This document shows positions 1-9,800 of a DNA stretch of 64,000 nt, in pieces; positions within the stretch are counted from its first letter, which is position 1, and the number at the start of each line of letters is the position of its first letter. The DNA comes from Lingula anatina. Lineage: Eukaryota; Animalia; Brachiopoda. The position numbers and the translations under genes were made by a program. The stretch spans positions 1,674,001 through 1,738,000 of the forward strand of contig CM120647.1 of NCBI GenBank assembly GCA_051362555.1, written 5' to 3'. The notes below the pieces were generated by a model. It ran no database searches. It saw nothing but the letters and a program-made list of their open reading frames with translations, and was not told where the DNA came from.

Positions 1-300
1 TGGTGCTTGCGAACAGAAACAGTCAATGTGAGGAACAAACGAAATAGTTCAAGTCAATATTTCACTGAATTTCAGTTTCACTGCTCTGGCTAACTTAACT
101 TACTTGGCTGTTTCACTGCTGCAGTGTTATCCTTATAAATAACTTGCTGTAATAGTTCAAACATCAGTTCAGTCCCTCTATACAAAATTTACTTATTGTG
201 CAATTTAATGATATGTCGAAATTTCTTATTATTAATAATAATAATAATAATTTATTTTTATTTATTATTTATTTGTGACGTTTAAGAAGCGGGCGGATAT

Positions 301-301
<1 letters not shown>

Positions 302-352
<51 letters not shown>

Positions 353-354
353 TT
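302..354. repeat. (TTTA)n microsatellite
   Basis: About 12 tandem ttta units visible directly. Confidence 0.9.
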
Positions 355-868
355 TTGCATTTAATGTGAGCCACATCTGTCACAGTATTTTAAATCAATT
401 AAAATACTAGTATATAATGAATTTATGAAATAAGTCCATTATCTCAATGCATTGGTTGCCATTGCCCAACTGTTGCAATCTGTTACATACACAGTCACTG
501 AGTCAGTACAAGAAATACATGCAATATGCGTGTGTCACAGACAAGATTGAAATCCAGGAAGAATTCAAATCTGCCTAGAAGGGATTAAAATCCACCTGGG
601 CAAGCTTGAAATCCCAAGCCACAGACATTTTTAAATTATAAATGCTACTGCTTCAATCACATCCCTAATAAGGCTATTTAAGTAACAGAATCTATGATTA
701 AGATCATCTTTTATTGGTTATCTTTCATATGGAGGAAAACGAAACATTTTTATTTGCTTTAGTTTTAATTGTCAGTCTTCATGTTGATGGATATCTGTGC
801 ATACCTGTAGTGTATTTCAACTTAGCTTGTTTAATTGTTATTAGTTAATATTTTCACATTAATTTCAG

Positions 869-1023
869 AGAGGCTGCCTTAGCTCGTGCCTACAATGACA
901 GAGGTTTTGTCAAATATCTCCAAGTGGAATTCAAATCTGCTGTGGAAGATTATACGTCATCATTGGAACTGAAGGAAACTGAGCAGGCTTACTACAATAG
1001 AGGGCTCATTAAATACAGATTAA
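869..1023 (+). CDS. TTC32: Internal coding exon of a TTC32-like tetratricopeptide repeat protein
   Basis: Acceptor tttcAG at 867-868 and donor GTAAGT at 1024. Translates EAALARAYNDRGFVKYLQVEFKSAVEDYTSSLELKETEQAYYNRGLIKYRL, which matches the TTC32 pattern as I recall it (LATAYNNRGQIKY..VDF..A..DYTSAI....YYNRGLILYRL). Absent from the ORF track because it has no ATG. Confidence 0.85.
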
Positions 1024-1184
1024 GTAAGTTTTCCAACTGGCAATTAATAAGTAACATAAAATTTGTTTTAATATAAGTATGCTTTCTGTGTTTGTCTTTA
1101 ATGATAGTTTTGCACCTCTCAACACTCTGCCTTGAAGAAAGAAATATAACATATAAATGTGGGACATGTATAAGTATCATTAAG

Positions 1185-1285
1185 AATAGTTTAAAACTTC
1201 TTATAAACCAATAGTTTAAAACTTCTTATAAATCCAGTAATTCAAAACTTCTTATAAACCAATAGTTTAAAACTTCTTAAAAACC
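1185..1285. repeat. ~25-bp minisatellite x4 (aatagtttaaaacttcttataaacc) in the TTC32 intron
   Basis: Four tandem near-identical units read directly. Confidence 0.85.
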
Positions 1286-1542
1286 AAATGAGGATGGCTG
1301 TTTATGATACAGTTGATCATTTCAATCAGGAAAATTGTGAATTTTACAGATTTTATATATTTTTAATAATAATTTCTTTAAATTAGAACATTCCTATTGA
1401 GTGGAAGCAACACAGTTGAAAAACAGACTTCCTAATAGTTGTATTCTACAAAGTAAAAATACCAAAATGTTACATAGAAATGTATTTGTAATGAATTTAT
1501 GTATCTGAAAAATGTTTTTGATTCTGCTTTTTTCTGTTGTAG

Positions 1543-1676
1543 GTTATTTTGATGAAGCTATTCAGGACCAGCAGAAAGCTCTGAGGATAAATCCTGACTT
1601 TAAACCTGCAGAAGACTGTTTAAAACAATCAATTATTGACAGAGAAAATGGGAAAAACAAAGAGAAGTTAAAATAA
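1543..1676 (+). CDS. TTC32: Terminal coding exon of the TTC32-like gene
   Basis: Polypyrimidine tract with tgtAG acceptor at 1541-1542; phase matches the previous exon (A|GT = Ser). Translates SYFDEAIQDQQKALRINPDFKPAEDCLKQSIIDRENGKNKEKLK*, similar to TTC32 [35 protein letters not shown]. Confidence 0.85.
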
Positions 1677-1826
1677 CTGAGTGATTTTTGGTCAAAGGCT
1701 GAAAACTGGACCAAAACAGTGCCAAAGTGCTTTGGAGAATGTTACAGTGGTAGTGACAATTAATTATCACATAAGTATTATAATATAGGTCTAGATATAT
1801 ATTACATGTATGTATAAGTTTAACAC

Positions 1827-2194
1827 TGTAACACACGTAGTGTCAGAAAAGGAATAGAGTCTTGTTGGGGTGATATAAGTTGTTTATTCGCCTTTCTGTC
1901 TATACCAGTTATTAAATACTTGTCAACGACGACGGTTTTAAATTCCTGGTTGGACAGGGTTCTCAAAGGTATGCACTTGGTTTAAAAACTTCTAGGATTA
2001 TGAAAGCACATTTTCTTCCTCTCAAGAACAGGCAAAGGAATGTGCTGTGCAAGGAAATTTAAACCACCTCCAGGAATGTCATTAAAAGACAATCAAAAGA
2101 AGCTATTTGCTAGTTAATACTTTCTGTCGGCAATAGGGGTCAGCACATTACAACCTACTTTGATTCAGCTAGCTAAATTTTACCAGGTGTTACA
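1827..2194 (-). repeat. 3' LTR of the BEL/Pao element (368 bp)
   Basis: TG...CA termini; near-identical to 3649-4036. Confidence 0.92.
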
Positions 2195-3605
2195 TCCCGG
2201 CCCCGATGCATAGATACATTTATCTGGTTTCTTGGGATTCAGAACTGGGTGATGTGGCAGGTACCACACCTTACCATCATCTCGCTTCAAATCTTCACTC
2301 TGGACTTGTTCTGCATAGTGAAGAAACGTGCTGTGCTTTTTCCCACAACCATCCACTGTGCATCGTATGGTACCTGGACATTCTCTGCTGTAATGTCCTG
2401 GCTTCGGACAATTCAAGCACAAGCCCTTTGACTGAATGAGCGTGTGTCTATCTTTTATTTTAAGGGACTTGAACGAATGGCACTGTGTAACAAGATGATT
2501 CCCTTTACATTTAATACCTGTACATTGCTCCGTGACTTTCGGTGAGGTGGGTCCCGCTACAATGGCAAAACTCCCAGTCTTCTTCTTGATTCCGGTAAGA
2601 ACAGCCTTTCCAAATACTGGATCTGAGGCCTCCTCTGCATCTAGGGAAATGAAGTTAACTAAATCGGTCAACCTGGAATTTCTTTTCTCCTTTATCTTGA
2701 TACTATGGTTTTCTTTCAACTATCTGGTCCTCAGGTGGTATGGAAGCTTCTCTACAACTGCTAGGAGACTGTGGGAGTTGTCCATTTCAGAAGCATATCC
2801 CATACTTTGGAGCGTTTCAGAACAGCACCTTAGGTCACCAGCAAACTCCCTCAGGGCTACGGCACCTCTTATTTCTGTGCGAGTGGTTATCTTCTTTACC
2901 CACTCCTGGGATATGACATAATTAACTGTTCCCGAATCTCTCCTCCAAAAGATCCAATGCCATTCTATAGCCCTCACTGGGCTCCTTGACTATGCAGCAC
3001 TGGAGTAGGTTTTTTGCACGGCCAGTGCAGTAGTTCATCAAACAGGTAAGCTTCACCCCAGGATCGACTGACTTTTTGTCGACTGTATTTTTAAACGATC
3101 TGATGAATGGCCAATAATGGAGTGGACTTCCATCAAACACCTGCAACTCATTCCTAGGTAACTGTAATGTGTCTACGACAGACTGTTGTTGCATTCTAGA
3201 CTCTTCTAGTACTTGGTGTAATGCCTCTGCCATAGCAATAGTGTAACGATCCTCTGTTGTAATGCTTGAAGGCTCCAGGGTAAACCTGGGAGGTTTGAGT
3301 GGGCCTGCTGGTGTACTTTGATCGATACTTCCAGACTGCGTTTCTTCTTGCGACTTGGATAATTCTTGGAGCTCCGCCTCCAAAGCCATCTTCTCCTTCA
3401 TAAGCCGCAGCTGCTGACGCTGTCTCTCCATCTCTAGCAGTGCCTTCTTTTCTTCGAACTCCATAATGAGCTGTTGCTTCTTTAACTCTTTATTTTGTTG
3501 TTCAGATAAAGCTTCTAAATCTATAGTTGTATCTGACGAGGGTGGACCTTCTATGACAATTTCGTCCTCTCCCTTTAGGGTATCCATACTACAAAGGGTA
3601 TTCAA
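2180..3605 (-). pseudogene. BEL/Pao gag (DUF1759-type region and zinc knuckles) fused to a ~33-codon RT fragment; disrupted
   Basis: LPRNELQVFDGSPLHYWPFIRSF..KL..L..Y..G.A motif; CLNCPKPGHYSREC and CTVDGCGKKHSTFLH knuckles; then YAEQV..DGKVWYLPHHPVLNPKKPDKC, typical of the Pao RT N-terminus. Frameshift near 2930 and an in-frame TAG at 2720-2722. Confidence 0.88.
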
Positions 3606-3648
3606 CTTCAGGGATTTAGGTCACTTGGTCACTTCAAGAATTTAAAAC

Positions 3649-4036
3649 TGTAACACACGTAGTGTTAGAAAAGGAATAGAGTCTTGTTGGGGTGATATAA
3701 GTTGTTTATTCTCCTTTCCGTCTATACCAGTTAATAAAATACTCGTCAACGACGACGACGGTTTTAAATTCCTGGTTGGACAGGGTTCTCAAAGGTATAC
3801 ACTTTCAAAGGTATACACTTGGTTCAAAAACTTCTAGGATTATGAAAGCACGTTTTTTTCTTCTCAAGAACAGGCAAAGGAATGTGCTGTGCAAAGAAAT
3901 TTAAACCACCTCCAGGAATGTCATTAAAAGACAATCAAAAGAAGCTATTTGCTAGTTAATACTTTCTGTCGGCAATAGTGGTCAGCACATTACAACCTAC
4001 TTTGATTCAGCTACCTAAATTATGCCAGGTGTTACA
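3649..4036 (-). repeat. 5' LTR of the BEL/Pao element (388 bp)
   Basis: TG...CA termini; carries a ~15-bp duplication (tcaaaggtatacact) and an extra gac relative to the other LTR. Confidence 0.92.
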
Positions 4037-4093
4037 AACACTAGTAGTTTAGAGGGCCTGTAAAATGTACTGAAACATTTTAGTGCTCAATAA

Positions 4094-4094
<1 letters not shown>

Positions 4095-4134
<40 letters not shown>
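4095..4134. repeat. (TTA)n microsatellite
   Basis: About 13 tandem tta units, immediately after an AATAAA at 4089-4094. Confidence 0.9.
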
Positions 4135-4859
4135 GTTTCCGTTGTACACCGTTTTAACAACGTTTGAAATGTTTTTAACCCCTGTCCTGTGAATAGAAGG
4201 GGGCGGGCAAACAATGGAGAGCCGTATAAATCCCTTCAAAATTCAGACGCACAAACACAATAGACCTTTTTCATCTTTTCCGGAAATGGAAATTATATTG
4301 TGGGAAAGTGAGTCCTTGCTATGTCGAAACATTTACAACGGTACTGAAAACCATGCCTGGGTTTACGTGCTTTGTGTCCCGCTGCTACAGAACAGTAAGC
4401 GATATCGACATATGAGTTTTAATAAGTTCCAACAAACCCGTTAGAATGAAAAATATGATAGAAAGAAAAGAAAATTTAGCAGGTTTGGATCAAAAGAAGA
4501 GCACCGCGTTTGCGCCGAACATTTCATAGGCGGGAAAAAACCCTATAATATTAGGAGATTACATGTAACTGTGTTTAAATAAAAACCGGAAAAGTTAATC
4601 AACGGATCTAACGGAGTATCGGCAAACAGAACTCGGGGGGGGGGGGGGGGGGGGACAATGCATGAAAAAAAAACATTATAAAGATCTGAAGAAAAATTAG
4701 AAGAAGAAAAAGAAAGAAAAGAATTTAAGCATGAAGTTATGGAAAAAGAAACTAAAAGCTGTTTTAAGTTTTACACGGTGTTTTCTACTTTCAAAGAATT
4801 CAAGAACTTTCACGACTTCTTGTATGACCAGGGAATTATATCGGATATAATTCCATGGT

Positions 4860-5162
4860 TGCATTGAGCAACTGAGGTGAACAAACCTCGTGACAGTGAC
4901 TTGTGCGCAATACCGTAGCACGTGCGGATTGACAGACAGTGAAATAGGAACACGTCTTACACAAGTTACGACGCAATATGATGACCCAAGAGTACAGTAT
5001 TATCCTAAGAGCACGACACTCATTTGGTGACAGAGAGGCACACTATCGGGGAGGATCGTTCAGCAGGTTACTGTTGGGACTCTGAAAACGGTGACATTGT
5101 GCTTTAAAACAGTCTACGAACCGGTTAGAATTGAACTGCACAGGGTATTTGACAAATGTTAA
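4860..5162 (+). pseudogene. Possible decayed death-domain-like coding fragment
   Basis: One frame reads CIEQLR*TNLVTVTCAQYRSTCGLTDSEIGTRLTQVTTQYDDPRVQYYPKSTTLIW*QRGTLSGRIVQQVTVGTLKTVTLCFKTVYEPVRIELHRVFDKC*. GLTDSEI...Q.Y...L.W.QR...TVGTL resembles a death-fold consensus. Pattern recognition only. Confidence 0.3.
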
Positions 5163-6555
5163 AGTTAATGCAGCATGTTAGTATTAGTAAGTGTCTGTAA
5201 CTGTATGTTGTTTGTAATATATTGTATTCATAGTTCAATTCGTTGTTTCTGTTTTTTATGTTCGGGCTGCTTCGGTCCGTAACAGGTGAAACCAAGCGTT
5301 AATTCAGTGCAAAACAAAATGAAAATAAAAGCATCGGAAGTCATCTTACTCGGAACTCTCCGAGCAGGCCCATCAATAAAAGCGACACGACCGAACTTGA
5401 ATTGTTCAGTAGCTTTTCCGGTATAACAGCACGTCATGCCACCTGTTAACCGTGTTCAGCAGAAAAACGATATCTTCTAGGCGGATTTATTTGCCAATTA
5501 TGCTTTACTCAAATTTTTCTATCGCTGCAATTTTAAATGGAAATGGAACCAGTAATGATGGGATGAAATACGGCACCCGGATATTTCCTTTCTTTTCACT
5601 TAAATGTCCTTATAGTGGTGCCACAGATCCTGAAGTTCAATGGAGCCATACTCCATATGTACTGCATTTCTTCAAAATGTCCTATCATCTCGTTGGGATT
5701 ATCACAGAGAAAATTTTTATTCTTTTCAAAAGTCGAGTCGATTTTATTGCTTTTAACGGGCATTCATTTCGTCTTTTTAAGCCCTACTATGCTGTCTTGG
5801 GCCCTTAATTGCTTCTTAAGCATACAGTACCCGGGGCAAGTCCGCAGTCGACATTTGAAAGAGTAAAGACTACTCAATACTAAAACCGCCGAGGTGTGAA
5901 CAGCTGCGCATCTCATCGTGCACTGTAACGCCAAAGGTGAAACCAAGCGTTATCTCAGTGCAAAACAAAATGAAAATAAAAGCATCGGAAGTCATCTTAC
6001 TCGGAACTCTCCGAGCTGGTGGCCCATCAATGAAAGCGACACGACCGAACTTGAATTGATTCGGTAGCTTTTTCGGTATGACAGCACGTCATGCCACCTG
6101 TTAACCGTGTTCAGCAGAAAAACTATATCTTCTAGGCGGCGTTATTTGCCAATTTTGCTTTACTCAAATATTTCCATTGCCGCAATTGCTTAAATGGAAA
6201 TCGCACCTGTAATTACACATCTAAATATATATTTTTTCAATTCCCCCTTCTTAGGGTCTCCCTTAAACTAAAACAAGCCAGTTGTAAACCGTCTTTGATC
6301 CCATTGTACTCTTTAATATCATAAGTAAAGCCAAATTTATTGTAAGTATAAATCAAACTCCGAGCTCCGTGTCGGGTTCTCAAACACGGCTTCCTGTACA
6401 TCATGGAATTTACCGTTGATGATACGAGCACTGGGGTTGCGTGGGATGAAATACGGCACCCGGATTATCGATTGGGACAGCAGATATGTACATGTAGGTC
6501 CAATCTCTCCGTTACAAAGTGGAAAGTATCCATCTGAACTTCGAGTATCAACGAA

Positions 6556-6650
6556 GCTGCCGTGGCTTCGTGGTAACGTTCCCGTTTGGAATACCGGCAG
6601 ACACTGTTAGCTAGGCTGGTTCGAGTCCCAGCAGATTGCGATCTCCTTTT
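6556..6650 (+). ncRNA. Degenerate tRNA-like/Pol III type-2 module 1 (repeated in most satellite units)
   Basis: A-box-like GTGGCTTCGTGGTAA, central stem (tgccg...cggca in most copies), B-box GGTTCGAGTCCC with GCTGG/CCAGC pairing, then a TTTT terminator. Not a clean cloverleaf. Confidence 0.45.
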
Positions 6651-6722
6651 CTTACCAGAATTAATTTTTGAAAATTTCCATTGATTACTATAAGAGGAAA
6701 CTCGTACGTATGAAGGTTGGGC

Positions 6723-6830
6723 GGGTCAGTTACGGCTCAGTCGGTAGCGTGCATGGATGCAAATGAGCAATCCAAAGTGTCATCAACCATGGTAACGCAA
6801 AGTCACGAGTTCGAATCCCGGATGAGGCAC
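6723..6830 (+). ncRNA. Degenerate tRNA-like/Pol III type-2 module 2 (present in every full unit; 5' part deleted in two)
   Basis: A-box-like GGCTCAGTCGGTAGCG (GGCGCAGTCGGTAGCG in other units) and B-box GAGTTCGAATCCC about 60 nt downstream. The long spacer resembles an intron-containing tRNA or a SINE head. Confidence 0.4.
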
Positions 6831-9800
6831 GTCACTCAATCACGACAACGACTGGGCCCCTGAATCGGAATGTCACGAGAACGACCGCGGGTTCTCGTGG
6901 GTCTTTGCAAATTACGTTTTGCATAAAAATACGGTATACTTTAACAAGTTTTCATGAAGTGATCGATTTAAAACGAACATTTTGCTGGTCCTTAGAATAA
7001 AGTCTGCGTCGTCAATATAATATTTCCTTTCTTTTCACTAAAATGGTGCCACAGATACCGAAGGTAGCGTGCATGGATTCAAATGAGCAATCCAAAGTGT
7101 CATCAACCATGGTAACGCAAAGTCACGAGTTCGAATCCCGGATGAGGCACGTCACTCAATCACGACAACGACTGGGCCCCTGAATCGGGATGTCACGAGA
7201 ACGACCGCGGGTTCTCGTGGGTCTTTGCAAATTACGTTTTGCATAAAAATACGGTATACTTTAACAAGTTTTCATGAAGTGATCGATTTAAAACGAACAT
7301 TTTGCTGGTCCTTAGAATAAAGTCTGCGTCGTCAATATAATATTTCCTTTCTTTTCACGGAAATGTCCTTATATTGGTGCCACAGATCCCGAAGTTGAAT
7401 GCAGCCATAGCTAACTCCGTATGTACTGCATTTCTTCAAAATGTCCTATCATCTCGTTGGGATTATCACAGAGAAAATTTTTATTGTTTTCAAAAGTCGC
7501 TTCGATTTTATTGCTTTTAACGGGCATTCATTTCGTCTTTTTAAGCCCCACTATGCTGTCTTGGGCCCTTAATTGCTTCTTAAGCATACAGTACCCGGGG
7601 CAAGTCCGCAGTCGACATTTGAAAGAGTAAAGACTACTCAATACTAAAACCGCCGAGGTGTGAACAGCTGCGCATCTCATCGTGCTCTGTAACGGCAAAG
7701 GTGAAACCAAGCGTTATCTCAGTGCAAAAGAAAATGAAAATAAAAGCATCGGAAGTCATCTTACTCGGAACTCTCCGAGCTGTTGGCCCATCCATGAAAG
7801 CGACACGACCGAACTTGAATTGATTCGGTAGCTTTTCCGGTATGACAGCACGTCATGCCACCTGTTAACCGTGTTCAGCAGAAAAACTATATCTTCTAGA
7901 CGGCGTTATTTGCCAATTTTGCTTTACTCAAATATTTCCATTGCCGCAATTGCTTAAATGGAAATCGCACCAGTAATTACACATTTAAATATATATATTT
8001 TTTCAATTCTCCCTTCTTAGGGTCTCCCTTAAACTAAAACAAGCCAGTTGTAAACCGTCTTTGATCCCATTGTACTCTTTAATATCATTAGTAAAGCCAA
8101 ATTTATTGTAAGTATAAATCAAACTCCGAGCTCCATGTCGGGTTCTCAAACACGGCTTCCTGTACATCATGGAATTTACCGTTGATGATACGAGCACTGG
8201 GGTTGCGTGGGATGAAATACGGCACCCGGATTATCGACTGGGACAGCAGATATGTACATGTAGGTCTAATCTCTCCGTGACAAAGTTGAAAGTATCCATC
8301 TGAACTTCGAGTATCAACGTAGCTGCCGTGGCTTCGTGGTAACGTTGCCGTTTGGAATACCGGCAGACACTCTTAGCTAGGCTGGTTCGAGTCCCAGCAG
8401 ATTGCGATCTCCTTTTCTTGCCAGAATTAATTTTTGAAAATTTCCATTGATTACTATAAGAGGAAACTCGTACGTATGGAGGGTGGGCGGGTCAGTTACG
8501 GTGCAGTCGGTAGCGTGCATGGATGCAAATGAGCAATCCAAAGTGTCATCAACCATGGTAACGCAAAGTCACGAGTTCGAATCCCGGATGAGGCACGTCA
8601 CTCAATCACGACAACGACTGGGCCCCTGAATCGGGATGTCACGAGAACGACTGTGGGCTCTCGTGGGTCTTTGCAAATTACCTTTTGCATAAAAATACGG
8701 TATACTTTAACAAGTTTTCATGAAGTGATCGATTTAAAACCAACATATTGCTGGTCCTTAGAATAAAGTCTGCGTCGTCAATATAATATTTCCTTTCTTT
8801 TCACTTAAATGTCCTTATATTGGTGCCACAGATACCGAAGTTGAATGCAGCCGTAGCTAACTCCGTATGTACTGCATTTCTTTAAAATGTCTTATTGCTT
8901 TTAACGGGCATTCATTTCGTCTTTTTAAGCCCCACTATGCTGTCTTGGGCCCTTAATTGCTTCTTAAGCATACAGTACCCGGGGCAAGTCCGCAGTCGAC
9001 ATTTGAAAGAGTAAAGACTACTCAATACTAAAACCGCCGAGGTGTGAACAGCTGCGCATCTCATCGTGCTCTGTAACGGCAAAGGTGAAACCAAGCGTTA
9101 TCTCAGTGCAAAAGAAAATGAAAATAAAAGCATCGGAAGTCATCTTACTCGGAACTCTCCGAGCTGTTGGCCCATCCATGAAAGCGACACGACCGAACTT
9201 GAATTGATTCGGTAGCTTTTCCGGTATGACAGCACGTCATGCCACCTGTTAACCGTGTTCAGCAGAAAAACTATATCTTCTAGACGGCGTTATTTGCCAA
9301 TTTTGCTTTACTCAAATATTTCCATTGCCGCAATTGCTTAAATGGAAATCGCACCAGTAATTACACATTTAAATATATATATTTTTTCAATTCTCCCTTC
9401 TTAGGGTCTCCCTTAAACTAAAACAAGCCAGTTGTAAACCGTCTTTGATCCCATTGTACTCTTTAATATCATTAGTAAAGCCAAATTTATTGTAAGTATA
9501 AATCAAACTCCGAGCTCCATGTCGGGTTCTCAAACACGGCTTCCTGTACATCATGGAATTAACCGTTGATGATACGAGCACTGGGGTTGCGTGGGATGAA
9601 ATACGGCACCCGGATTATCGACTGGGACAGCAGATATGTACATGTAGGTCTAATCTCTCCGTGACAAAGTTGAAAGTATCCATCTGAACTTCAAGTATCA
9701 ACGAAGCTGCCGTGGCTTCGTGGTAACGTTGCCGTTTGGAATACCGGCAGACACTCTTAGCTAGGCTGGTTCGAGTCCCAGCAGATTGCGATCTCCTTTT

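Larger units (their letters stand above)
1827..4036 (-). mobile_element. Internally deleted (non-autonomous) BEL/Pao LTR retrotransposon
   Basis: Direct LTRs at 1827-2194 and 3649-4036, both TGTAACA...TGTTACA. 5-bp TSD AACAC at 1822-1826 and 4037-4041. PPT-like CGGGGCCGGGA on - next to the 3' LTR. The interior is Pao-type gag plus a short RT fragment. Confidence 0.93.

Noticed and set aside
6556-6830. Functional tRNA genes, or a 5S/U-snRNA/SL-RNA/rDNA cluster
   Set aside because: Acceptor and anticodon arms do not form canonical cloverleaves, the putative anticodon varies between units, and no 5S, U1, U2, U6 or rRNA signature was recognised.
6815-6872. Hammerhead- or HDV-like ribozyme (cggatgag...ctgaatcggga)
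   Set aside because: Core deviates from CUGAUGA/GAAA, and no consistent stem or pseudoknot set could be built.
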